A stretch of 62,937 nt of DNA, the filler included. It is 8 parts of 8 records of this genome, joined end to end, with 100 filler letters (N's around TTAATTAATTAA, not from the genome) between each part and the next. Parts side by side here need not be neighbours in the genome. Positions count along the whole stretch, not along the records: positions 7,742 to 14,202 come from SRR31156797_20333; positions 14,303 to 24,510 come from SRR31156797_20344; 6 more parts are not named here. One strand, written 5' to 3'. The translations under genes and the position numbers were made by a program. The notes beneath the pieces are model-generated. The model worked only from the letters and a program-made list of their open reading frames with translations, was not told the origin of the DNA and did no database searches. This document shows, piece by piece, positions 9,595 through 19,966 of this stretch. Each line of letters begins with the position of its first letter. Within the stretch, counting starts at the first letter, position 1.

Positions 9595-9839
9595 ATTAGT
9601 AAGGTGTCCCCGTTTTCAATATCAGGCAGTGCCTAGGAAGCAATACGAATACATCGGCTTTAAAGCAACAGAGAAATCAGGCCGCCCTCTTGGGGATACG
9701 GCCTTTATTAAGAAACTAGAAATTTTACTTGACCGAAGTCTCAACCCCCAAAAGCGTGGGCGCCAAAAGAAACAGGAGCAGAATGTACGATGTCCATTAA
9801 CAATAGTTCGCTAATCAGTAAGGCGTCACCGTTTTTCAA
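9595..9839 (+). mobile_element. Remnant of a REP-associated (RAYT/IS200-like Y1) transposase with flanking direct repeats
   Basis: EKSGRPLGDTAFIKKLEILLDRSLNPQKRGRQKK resembles RAYT C-termini. Imperfect repeats ATTAGTAAGGTGTCCCCGTTTTCAA (9595) and ATCAGTAAGGCGTCACCGTTTTTCAA (9814). Confidence 0.6.
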
Positions 9840-10545
9840 AGCGCCCTCTTTTCTCACGATTCTCATATTTACGCTTATATTTTTCTCTTTTACAAATTTA
9901 AAGACATGTCATGCTTATGATTTACATGAAATTGAAAGACAAACCTTATCCATTTATAAAGTAACAAAACCACTTGCATGGGATAGACAGGTAAGAATAC
10001 TTGTATATGGATTACGTGACGAAGAAAAAGTATTGATGAGAAAAATTGCATCCGATTTTGGAAAAATGTTAAATATTGACATTCGTATAGTCAATCAAAA
10101 AGCAAATGCAGTTTTTTTCTTTGTCCCCAATATTAAGAATCTTCTTAGCAATAAAGAACTTTACCCGTACTTCAAAACCACCAACGAAAGTCTTGAAATG
10201 TACATTGATAGAGTAGGGAATGTACAAGACAATGACTGTGCATTCCACAATACAACGAGATACGAGCAAAGCATTTTAGGTTTTTGCTTAGCTCTAAAGA
10301 CAGTAAAGACAAATGTTATTTCACACCAAATAAGAAAAGCTCTATTTTATTGCCTAACAGGCCTACCGCAGGGCCCTCATATTAGCAAGGTACTAGACTC
10401 GTTTCTACTCTCCCCATGCGACTCTTTCGACATTTCAAAATACGACATAGCACTACTCAAATCTTTATACAAAAACAATAGCCGCCGGACACCAAGGGCA
10501 TTGTCGCATGATATATTTAATGAGCTAAAACCCAAGGAGAATTAG
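9790..10545 (+). CDS. Exported protein, DUF2927-like
   Basis: Hydrophobic N-terminal signal (CHA-Y); WDRQVRI..., CLTGLP, DIALLKSLY pattern; AT-rich; start uncertain. Confidence 0.6.
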   Translation: MSINNSSLISKASPFFKAPSFLTILIFTLIFFSFTNLKTCHAYDLHEIERQTLSIYKVTKPLAWDRQVRILVYGLRDEEKVLMRKIASDFGKMLNIDIRIVNQKANAVFFFVPNIKNLLSNKELYPYFKTTNESLEMYIDRVGNVQDNDCAFHNTTRYEQSILGFCLALKTVKTNVISHQIRKALFYCLTGLPQGPHISKVLDSFLLSPCDSFDISKYDIALLKSLYKNNSRRTPRALSHDIFNELKPKEN

Positions 10546-10547
10546 TC

Positions 10548-13500
10548 ATGGGCTGGCCCGGTTTAGGAAAAATGAAAGACGCTCTCGACACCGTTCATGA
10601 TGCTGTAGACACGCTAACTTCTGTTGGTGGTGCGGATATAAAAACTACAAAAAACTCTATTACAGTCACTATTGATGTCTCGTATAATGAGTTAAACCGG
10701 ACAATTTCTTTTACTGCCACAACAGGTCTAGGCCTTTCGTATGTTGATCGAATCAATGCCGGGCCAGTAAAAGGGACTTACAGTATAACATCATCACCTC
10801 AGTATGGATTAGATTTTGGATATAATGCTACAATAAACGGGATAGCGGTGAACGACAGAGTGGAGACAGGTCCGCTAGGCGAGGAAGCAAAAAAAGACAT
10901 AGACGCAATGAAGCGGGCTGCAGCGAGGGGAATGACTCAAGTCGCCCAAAATACGCCAGCAACAGTCTCATCAACAAACTCCCCTACACCAGGCTCAACA
11001 GACCACGGCGGCAACGATGGCGGGCAGTTTGATGGAATGGCTAACAACACAGGTTATGGTGGTCACCAGGACTTTGACGGACAGAATGCTGGCAGTTCTT
11101 CCGGCTGGGGCAACTCAGATTGCGATAATGAATGTGAGCCAATCGTAATCGACCTTGATGGAGACGGCATCGACCTCGTCGACCTTTCCGAATCCACAGC
11201 ATTTTACGACATCAACGGCGACGGTTACCGCAACAACATAGGCTGGGTCGCCGCTTCCGACGCTCTTCTCGTTTTTGACAAAAACGAAGACGGTATCATC
11301 AGTGATGCCGATGAAATTTCCTTTGTTTCTTATGCTAATGATGCAAAGACTGACCTTCAGGGCTTGACTGCTTTTGACACCAACGCCAACGGCACCTTGG
11401 ATGAAGGTGACGAAGACTTCCACAAATTTCGCGTCTGGCAGGATCTCGATCAAGATGGCGAGAGTGACGCCGGAGAGCTTAAGACTCTGGAAGAGGCTGG
11501 CATTACATCCATCAGCCTGACTTCGGACGAAATCGTCCGCAAGGATGGCTCCAATACCATCTACGGCCTCGGCGAATACACCACCATGGGTGAATATGGT
11601 GACGAGCAAGGCGTCACCGGAACTTTTGCCGATGCATCCTTTGCGGCATCCAATTTCGGAATTCAGGAATTCCTGGACGGCACCAAGATCATCCGAGGCT
11701 CGGATGGCGAAAAGACCTATGTCACCGCTGAAGACGACACTGCCGCCCAGACCATCGACCTGACAGACTCCATTTACGAAGGCTGGGTTGCGGGTGCAGG
11801 CAATGACTCCCTGTCCGCAGGTGGCCGCAAAGACGTCCTGCTCTCCGGAGAAGGCGGCGATGACACCATCACCGGCGGCGACGGCGACGATTGGCTTGCC
11901 GGTGGCGAAGGCTCTGATGCCATCTCCGGCGGCGCGGGCCATGACATCATCTTTTTTGACAACCTCGACACGGTCGATGGTGGCGACGGGTTCGACATCG
12001 GCATCGTAACCCCTGCCGTTGCAATGAACATCGACCTTGCGGCACATAACCTGGAAGCAATCGTTGGAAACAAGGCCAACGATTCTTTCAGCACTTCCGG
12101 CACCGGCAGTGTTTTCATGGCAGGTGAAGAGGGCGACGACACCTTGGTCGGCGGTTCCAATGCGGATATCCTGTCCGGCGGCAAGGGAAGCGATTCCATT
12201 CAGGGCGGCGATGGCAACGACTGGATATTCATCGATTCCGAGGACAATCTCGCCAATATTTCCGGCGGCGAAGGAGACGACATACTCGTCATTCAGGATG
12301 AAGTCGGCATGTCCGTCAATGCATCCGATCTCAGCGTGGAATCCATATACGGCGGCCTGGGCAACGACACCCTCTCCACCACCGGCAACAAAGCCATTAG
12401 CATTGACGCAGGAGCCGGAGACGACTCCATCTCCGGCAGCAGCGCAAACGACATCCTCCTCGGCGGTTCCGGCAACGACACGATTCGCGGCAACGTCGGC
12501 AACGACGTACTGGACGGCTGGACAGGAGACGACACCCTGGTGGGCGGCCGTGGTGATGATGTCTACATTTTCGGTCATGGACGAGGTAACGACGTCATCG
12601 ACAATTCCGGCGACGGGCGCGATGCCGTCTGGTTTGCCGAAGACGTCTATTTCGAGGACGTGGATTTCACCAAGTCGGGTCGCGATCTCGTGGTGCGCCT
12701 GATGACCACCAGCGAAACCCTGACCATTCTCGATTGGTTCAACAACGGCCGACAGCTCAACACTTTCCTTTTCTCCGCTTATGATTTCAAAAGTCCGGCA
12801 GTAACCCATTTAGCGACGGACGAAGCCGACAACCTGCAACTCATGGGCAACATGTCGCAGGGCCTTTTCGCCTTCCAAGGCAATGACAACATCCTCGGCG
12901 ACAACGCCGATAACTTCATTGACGGCGGCGAGGGTGATGACAGTCTCAAGGGCGGAGATGGAGACGATACCCTGGCAGGCGGAGTCGGTGCGGACACCCT
13001 CGCGGGTGAAGCCGGTAAGGATTTCCTCTCCTACTCCACCTCGGACGAAGGGGTCATGGTCAACATCGGCACAAATACAGCCCAACACGGCCATGCCGAA
13101 GGCGACGTCATCAATGGTTTCGAAAATCTCCTTGGCTCTGAGCACCAGGACACCCTAACCGGCAGCAACACGGCCAACATCATTGATGGTCGCAATGGAA
13201 ACGACAGGATTCATGGTCTGAAAGGCGATGACACGCTCGTCGGGGGACTCGGTAACGATTCCCTCCAGGGCGACGACGGCAACGACAATCTTTGGGGCGG
13301 TCTCGAAAACGACACCCTCGAAGGCGGCGCAGGCAAAGACACCCTCCTCGGCGAGGATGGCAACGACTATCTCTCCGGCGGCGAGGACAACGACTATCTG
13401 GACGGCTACACCGGCGACGACACCCTCATGGGCAACGAGGGCGATGATGAACTCGTCGGCTACATGGGCAACGACTCCCTGAACGGCGGCACCGGTTCCG

Positions 13501-14202
13501 ATACGCTCTACGGCAACGCGGGCAGCGACACCCTACGCGGCAAAAACGGGAACGACGTGCTTGTCGGCGAGGCTGGCTCGGACATCATTGACGGTGGCGA
13601 AGGTATTGACACTGCGTCCTATGCAGTCTCCAATAGCGGCGTCACCATCAACCTGGAAACCGGCTTCACCAAAGGCGGTCATGCGGTCGGCGACACCCTG
13701 ACCGACATCGAAAACATCTACGGCTCGAAACACAAGGACTCCCTCACCGGCGATGCCCAGGACAACCTCCTCAAGGGCGGTTCCGGAAACGACACCCTGA
13801 CCGGCGGTTTCGGAAACGACACCCTCCATGGCGGCTACGGCACGGACACGGCCATCTTTGCAGGCAAACTGGCCGACTATACCCTTTCCAACGACGGCAA
13901 CACTATCTCTGTTACCCACACATTGACCGGCGATGAGGATACCGTAGAGAGCATCGAAAAACTTACCTTTGATGACTCGACGGTCACAAAAACCGGCGAC
14001 ATCACAATGCTCGCCAACCAGTCGATAACTGGTCGGTTTAAAGGAAATAGTACCGGCCTGATCTATTCTTTAGTGCAAAATTCAACCAATGGCGAACTCA
14101 CGATCAATTCGGATGGTACATATATATTTACCCCTGATTCGGGCTTTGCCGGTACGGATGCGTTTATGTACAAAGCTGTCGATGCTGAGGGCATTGGCAA
14201 CA
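10548..14202 (+). CDS. RTX calcium-binding T1SS substrate with an FrpC-like self-processing module (3' truncated by contig end)
   Basis: EPIVIDLDGDG...FYDINGDG...GWV...DALLVFDKNEDG...FRVWQDLDQDGESDAGEL, then many GGxGxDxL nonapeptides and a C-terminal Ig/cadherin-like (NGELTINSDGTYIFTP) repeat. Confidence 0.92.
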
Positions 14203-14302
14203 NNNNNNNNNNNNNNNNNNNNNNNNNNNNNNNNNNNNNNNNNNNNTTAATTAATTAANNNNNNNNNNNNNNNNNNNNNNNNNNNNNNNNNNNNNNNNNN
14301 NN
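14203..14302. other. Artificial contig linker
   Basis: Same N/TTAATTAATTAA/N structure. Confidence 0.98.
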
Positions 14303-14373
14303 GTTTATTATAAAAAGTTGTAAACTGGTGTACTAATAAAAAACTAATAAAATTATAAAGAAAAGAGGAAGTT

Positions 14374-14680
14374 TTAATACTTCCTCTTTCTCCATTCCCA
14401 AGGGGTTTTTGCATTTTTATCTTTCCATAAACCCAGCTTTGCATCTTTTGCATTTTTTTGAGCTTTTTTATATTCTGTTTCATCTTTTGCATAATATTCA
14501 TGTCAGCTAAAAAGACTTCGCATATCAATCTTCCATATTGATCTTTATCTTTGACAACTACTGTAACCTCTTTCATTAACAGGAGTTTTTGAGCAAATTG
14601 TTTTGATTGATTCCATAACTTTGTAATCTTTCAGGAGCATCGATACCATAGAGATTAAATGAGTCTCCATCAAAAACTAA
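14374..14680 (-). pseudogene. Degraded thermonuclease (SNase) gene
   Basis: VFDGDSF-NLYGIDAPE, DKDQYGRLICEVF and LGLWKDKNAKTPWEWRK lie in different frames, with internal deletions. Confidence 0.8.
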
Positions 14681-14847
14681 TTAAAATTTATATAACTACA
14701 AATAAAGATGTGTAATTTCGTATATATACTGAATTTCAATCATTACTATTTTACTACTAGTTTATTACTAAAAATTTTAGAAGTATAAGTTATAGCAAAG
14801 TAATATCAGTTTGTGATATATCTATTAATAATAGTGTTATGAGGTTT

Positions 14848-14886
14848 AAAAAAAGCCAAACTCTTCTTAAAATTAAGAGTTTGGCT
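14848..14886 (-). terminator. Intrinsic terminator of the caspase-domain gene
   Basis: 12-bp stem AGCCAAACTCTT/AAGAGTTTGGCT followed by a T7 run on the minus strand. Confidence 0.85.
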
Positions 14887-14944
14887 AAGAATTATTATTG
14901 AAACTTTTTTTGTTAGCGTTAGCATAAACTTATGAGTTAAGCTA

Positions 14945-17900
14945 TTATTCACCTCGATAGCCGCTAATGCTTGGGAATCCAAAGTCTAAATAGATATTAT
15001 CTCTGTCGATTGTAGGATGCTGTAGATTACCTGTAAGTTTAGGCACACTTTTTTCCAGATAATCCAGAAGTTCATATACTGATATAAGCCTGTCGCTATT
15101 AGTATCCTGACCGTATGTTGTAAGACCTTTAATTAAACTTTCTGAGAAGAGGCCGTTTTTATATTCATCTTTTTCATATGAGAGTTCATAAGCTTTGGAA
15201 GATGAAAGTACGATAGCTCCACTTCTACGTCGTAGGTCATTATATATAAATCGATCTTTATTAATTACTTTGAACTTTATCTTCTCTTTTTTATTCTCTT
15301 GCTTTTTCAATCGTTTAATAGCTCTACTGCTTCTTGCTCTAAGTTTCTCAATATTTGCTTTTTCTGAGAATGCGATATCTATCTCACTGTCAGCTTCACC
15401 TGATTCACAGGTATCAAGTAAAAACAGTTTATTTCTTGGAGCTATTCCCTGTAATATCTCCTCTATCATCTCAAAATCAGCAGCTGTTTCTTTCAGATTA
15501 TCTATATCTGTTCCATAAGTTATATAATAATAAGTTGACTCACTATCTGTATCGTGAATTCCATGCCCGGCTATGAACAATACGAAAGTATCTTTTGCTT
15601 TTGAATTTTTCAAAAACTCTTTTGCTGTTTTGATATTTTCTTTTGTTACCTGATCGTTTATAAAAGTTTTTGTATAAACATTATTATAATTGTATTTCGC
15701 CAGACTAAACATTTTTGCAAGGTCAAGAGCATCTTTATGCGCATATTTTAGATCAAGGCTACTGTCTTTATAACTTGAGACACCAAAACCGATAAAATAA
15801 AGATCACCTTTTTCTTCCTTGTAAATATCAATATAGTTAAGTGTTTTATATGATTCCTGACCTTTTTCATTTATTGCAGAGATTTCTATCTTATTTCTTC
15901 CTTTGGTAAGTGTAATCAGCTCCTCTTTTTTAACTCTTTTTCCTGAAATCTCTTTACCGTAAGAGCCAAATAAAGCTACGTCATTTACATATATGTTATA
16001 TGATTTTAGATTATACCTGTCATCTGTAAGTATAAATTTAACTTTTGCTTTATTCTCCGTTGATTTTATATAACTTACTTTTGCTTGTGGAAGTTTTAGT
16101 TCAGTATTTAGATCTTCCTCGCTTATTTTTAATTTACGAAGTCTTTTTTTATACTGGCTATAGAAGTGATCATAGTCTGTTTTACTTCCTAAACCAACTG
16201 TTTTTAGTACAAGTTCAGGTCGGTTATATTTAGCTGCGATTTGATCAATACCAAATACTTTTAAACCCTCTGATATTCCTACAAGCTTTCCTCCGTTTCT
16301 GGAAGCGTCAAAGTAACCTTCATTGTTATGCATCATCCATTCAGAGCCCTGTGTATAGATCGTAATATATTTATCTGTTGAAAGATCATATATTATATTT
16401 TTTTTATCTCTGGCACACACCAGCATATATTTACCATCTTTAGAAATCTCCATAGCGGAAATAGGTCTGGCTATTCGCTCGATCTTTTTAGTGATTTTAA
16501 AACTATTTATGTCATTGAAATAAATATTACTACTTTGGTCATAAGACACAATATTTTTACCATCCGGAGTAAAGAGTAAGTTTTCAACTTCGGAACTGAT
16601 ATTGTTTTTTATTTTTTTTATTAATTGTAAAGTCTCCAAACTGTATACATAGATTTCACTATGTAATCCATACGCAAAATATTTTTCATCAGGTGAAATA
16701 ACAAGTCCTCGCACCTGTACCTGCCCTATATCGTTTTCAATTGATTTAATTACTCTACCAGTATCAAAATCTATAATTTTTACTGTACCGCCTAAATATA
16801 CAAACTCATCAAGACCTTTAAGTATAATAGGATCACCATAAATATTAAATGACTTGATATCTTCACCTTTTACAGTGTAACTTCTATAGCCTTCGCCTGT
16901 GATCAAAAGATTGTGTTTAGCTGAGTACTTTAGGTTAACGACACCGTTATTAAATCCACCGATAGTTTTAAGTTTTTTTCCTGTTATATAGTCCCATATT
17001 AATACTTTCTGATGTGACTGATCTTGTTTGTTAAATGAAAAATTATCACCTTCACTTGAAATAAGATATTTTTGATTATCATCAATATCAAATGTTAAAA
17101 CATTATGATTATGATAAAATTTTCGTTTCGTTAATCCGCTTTCTATTCCAACAACTTCTATCTGATTATCACGATATGCATATATCAAATCTTTGTTATT
17201 AGAAGAGACTTTTAGTTTTGCTACTCCTTTTGCCTCGTAGCTTTTATAGTTATCATCTAAAACCTTCACTACTCCGCCTCTTTGGAAATCCCAGATATAT
17301 AATCTGTCATGTTTATCACTATATATCATCTTCGAATTATCCGGTGATAATGCAATATTAAATATACTGGTCATATCCTCTTTGAAAGTATGGAGTGTTT
17401 CCCCTTTAATGTTTTTAATATAGATATTACACAGAGTATCTCCTACTAGCAGATATTTTTCCAGAGGACTAAAAGCCAGCGCTGACACTAATCCGCTTAT
17501 TAATCTGACCCCTTTAATATATTCTCCTGTTTTTACACTCCACATATGTATCATTTTATTCTGGGTTCCGGCTGCAATAACAGAGCTTGTGGGGTCAAAT
17601 TCGATATCGTTAATATCAAAGTCAGTTTTTAAATTATGAACTGTATTCAGTGTTTCAAAATCAAGGATTTTTAATTCACACTCGACCTCTTCATACCAGC
17701 CACTTCCCTCTGTTGCAGCAATATATCTACCGTCATTTGATACAGCTATACTACCGATGCTCTCATGTATATAATCTTTTTCAAATACTTTTTTACTTCG
17801 AAGTTCACGAAAACCAGGATATGAATATACTGTTAATTCCATAAAGTTTGCAGTTATCAGATTTTCACTTTTTTTATCGAATATCATTTTAGTTATAGCT

Positions 17901-19927
17901 TTGTTAAATTTTTTAACTTCATTTACTCTTCCTGTTTTAGGATCAATCAAGCTAATCTCCTGATTATTCGCTATTAGAAGGTTTTCGCCTTTTGAATCAA
18001 ATAAAATCTCTTTAGAATATTTATCAATTTTATTTATAACTTTCATTTCATAGAAGCTAAAAATTTTAATATACTTTTCCCTTGCTGCCCATGCCAGATA
18101 TTTACCTGATCTATCTATTGCCAGTTCATAAACAGCTCCGCCTTCATCGATCTCTTTAATCAATAATCCTGATTTAATATTCCATATTTTTATTATTCCC
18201 TCTTTTGTAGCAGTTACGAAAAATTCACCTGACGGATCAACTTCTATATCAGTGATCATAGACATGAATCCCTCTCTGTGACCTTTTTGAACAATTAACT
18301 CTTTTTTTAATGCCCCTCTTCTGATCTTATAATCTATGTTTGCAACTTCTGTTTTTTGATTTTCTATTTGTGCCAGCTGCTCCTCTTTCAGCTTATTTTT
18401 AGCAATTCTGTAACTGGCTTCTCTCATAAGTTTTTTGAAACCATAAGGCTCTACATCATATTTTTCCAAATATACTATTCCGTCATTTAGTGTTTGATAG
18501 GCCTGTACCGGCATTCCCCAGAAAAGCTGTGTTTTAGCTTTTTCATAAATTGAATTTCTAAGTTCATCTTTATACATCTCTATCGGATCATTCGGGTTTT
18601 TATTGTCCAACATTCCGCTATAGAGATTTTTAACTGTTTCCCATTTACTAAAAGCTTCATCAAGCTTAGCCTTCATCTCAGGATAGAGTGATTCGTAAGG
18701 AATATTATTAACTTCAAAACTTCCAAGTTTTTCATCTCTAATATTTTTAATCAAATTTATAGTATCAGAATCTCCTGATTTTTCAGCTAAAGTTAGAGGA
18801 CTTATACCCTGTTTGTTTTTATTATTAAGTGCAAAATTATCTATAAGAAGTATAACTGTATTTTGTAAGTTATTATCTACTGCATAATGTAGAGCAGTAT
18901 TTCCAAGCTTATCTTGATAATTAATATCAGCTCCATTTTTTATTAAAACTTCTGCAAGATTTTCATACTTGATCATTTCTGATTTTTCTTGATCTAATAA
19001 ACCGCATACATAATGAAGTACTGTTTCTCCATTTTTAGTAGTCAAATATACAGAAGCTCCGTAATCGATAAGTAGTTCTGCAACTTTAAATTTTTTATTT
19101 CTTATAGCGAAATGAAGTGGCGTCTCGGTATTAGGAGTTGCATCTCTATAATTAGGATTGATTCCTTCATCCAAAAGAAACTCTATAAAATTTATGTCGC
19201 CACTCAATATTGCAATTTCCAGAAGAGTTTTCTTATCGTCTTTTGCATAAATATCGAGTTCTCCACCTAATGCAGTATAAAAAATAATTGTATCCCTCTG
19301 TTTATCTCTAACAGCTGTGGAAATATTCAGAAAATCAAGTGCTGTTTTCCCTTCACTATTTTTAATATTTACATCAATTCCTTTTTCAATAAGTAGATTT
19401 ACTAAATCAACATTGCTGTTTTTAACTGCATTATGAAGCAAAGTATTTCCTAAAAAGTCTTTTTGATTTATATTTTCTATTTTATCTAAAATATAGAGAA
19501 GCATCTTATCATTATTGCTTTTTAAAGCATAAAATAGAACCGTGTTACCATTAGCATCTCTTAAATTCAGATCAGCTCCTGCATCTATCAGAAGCTGCAT
19601 GATCTCGATATTTCCTGTTGTTGCAGCTATATGTACAGATGTTACTCCTTCATTATTCATATAGTTTGTATCAGCACCCGAGTCAATTATCAGTTTAGTA
19701 ATCTCGATATTGTCATTTTCTACAGAGTAATGCAGAGCTGTATTTCCTGATGAATCCGTCTCCAATACGTTTTGGCCTGAGTAAATTAAATCTCTAGCTT
19801 CACTTAGATTATTTTGTTTAACAACTGGTATTAATGAATCTAAATTTTTTGTTTCAACTGATGATCCGGCACAGCTTAGAAGAAATATTATACAGAAGAA
19901 ACAAATTAAATATACTTTGTTTTTCAT
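14945..19927 (-). CDS. Lipoprotein with ankyrin repeats, WD40 propellers and a C-terminal caspase-like (peptidase C14) domain
   Basis: Lipobox LLSC; repeated GNTALH/TPLH ankyrins; WD-type repeats (IKIWN, IHMWS, LYIWD, VLIWD); LKYAHKDA, FIAGHG, LDTCESG, NGLFSESL, QHP. Confidence 0.9.
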   Translation of the reverse strand: MKNKVYLICFFCIIFLLSCAGSSVETKNLDSLIPVVKQNNLSEARDLIYSGQNVLETDSSGNTALHYSVENDNIEITKLIIDSGADTNYMNNEGVTSVHIAATTGNIEIMQLLIDAGADLNLRDANGNTVLFYALKSNNDKMLLYILDKIENINQKDFLGNTLLHNAVKNSNVDLVNLLIEKGIDVNIKNSEGKTALDFLNISTAVRDKQRDTIIFYTALGGELDIYAKDDKKTLLEIAILSGDINFIEFLLDEGINPNYRDATPNTETPLHFAIRNKKFKVAELLIDYGASVYLTTKNGETVLHYVCGLLDQEKSEMIKYENLAEVLIKNGADINYQDKLGNTALHYAVDNNLQNTVILLIDNFALNNKNKQGISPLTLAEKSGDSDTINLIKNIRDEKLGSFEVNNIPYESLYPEMKAKLDEAFSKWETVKNLYSGMLDNKNPNDPIEMYKDELRNSIYEKAKTQLFWGMPVQAYQTLNDGIVYLEKYDVEPYGFKKLMREASYRIAKNKLKEEQLAQIENQKTEVANIDYKIRRGALKKELIVQKGHREGFMSMITDIEVDPSGEFFVTATKEGIIKIWNIKSGLLIKEIDEGGAVYELAIDRSGKYLAWAAREKYIKIFSFYEMKVINKIDKYSKEILFDSKGENLLIANNQEISLIDPKTGRVNEVKKFNKAITKMIFDKKSENLITANFMELTVYSYPGFRELRSKKVFEKDYIHESIGSIAVSNDGRYIAATEGSGWYEEVECELKILDFETLNTVHNLKTDFDINDIEFDPTSSVIAAGTQNKMIHMWSVKTGEYIKGVRLISGLVSALAFSPLEKYLLVGDTLCNIYIKNIKGETLHTFKEDMTSIFNIALSPDNSKMIYSDKHDRLYIWDFQRGGVVKVLDDNYKSYEAKGVAKLKVSSNNKDLIYAYRDNQIEVVGIESGLTKRKFYHNHNVLTFDIDDNQKYLISSEGDNFSFNKQDQSHQKVLIWDYITGKKLKTIGGFNNGVVNLKYSAKHNLLITGEGYRSYTVKGEDIKSFNIYGDPIILKGLDEFVYLGGTVKIIDFDTGRVIKSIENDIGQVQVRGLVISPDEKYFAYGLHSEIYVYSLETLQLIKKIKNNISSEVENLLFTPDGKNIVSYDQSSNIYFNDINSFKITKKIERIARPISAMEISKDGKYMLVCARDKKNIIYDLSTDKYITIYTQGSEWMMHNNEGYFDASRNGGKLVGISEGLKVFGIDQIAAKYNRPELVLKTVGLGSKTDYDHFYSQYKKRLRKLKISEEDLNTELKLPQAKVSYIKSTENKAKVKFILTDDRYNLKSYNIYVNDVALFGSYGKEISGKRVKKEELITLTKGRNKIEISAINEKGQESYKTLNYIDIYKEEKGDLYFIGFGVSSYKDSSLDLKYAHKDALDLAKMFSLAKYNYNNVYTKTFINDQVTKENIKTAKEFLKNSKAKDTFVLFIAGHGIHDTDSESTYYYITYGTDIDNLKETAADFEMIEEILQGIAPRNKLFLLDTCESGEADSEIDIAFSEKANIEKLRARSSRAIKRLKKQENKKEKIKFKVINKDRFIYNDLRRRSGAIVLSSSKAYELSYEKDEYKNGLFSESLIKGLTTYGQDTNSDRLISVYELLDYLEKSVPKLTGNLQHPTIDRDNIYLDFGFPSISGYRGE

Positions 19928-19966
19928 TTTAATGATCCCTCTCTTTTTATTAAATTTTGACTGAAT

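Noticed and set aside
11115-13919. Long minus-strand ORFs (564, 111 and 128 aa)
   Set aside because: Antisense frames of the GC-biased RTX repeats.
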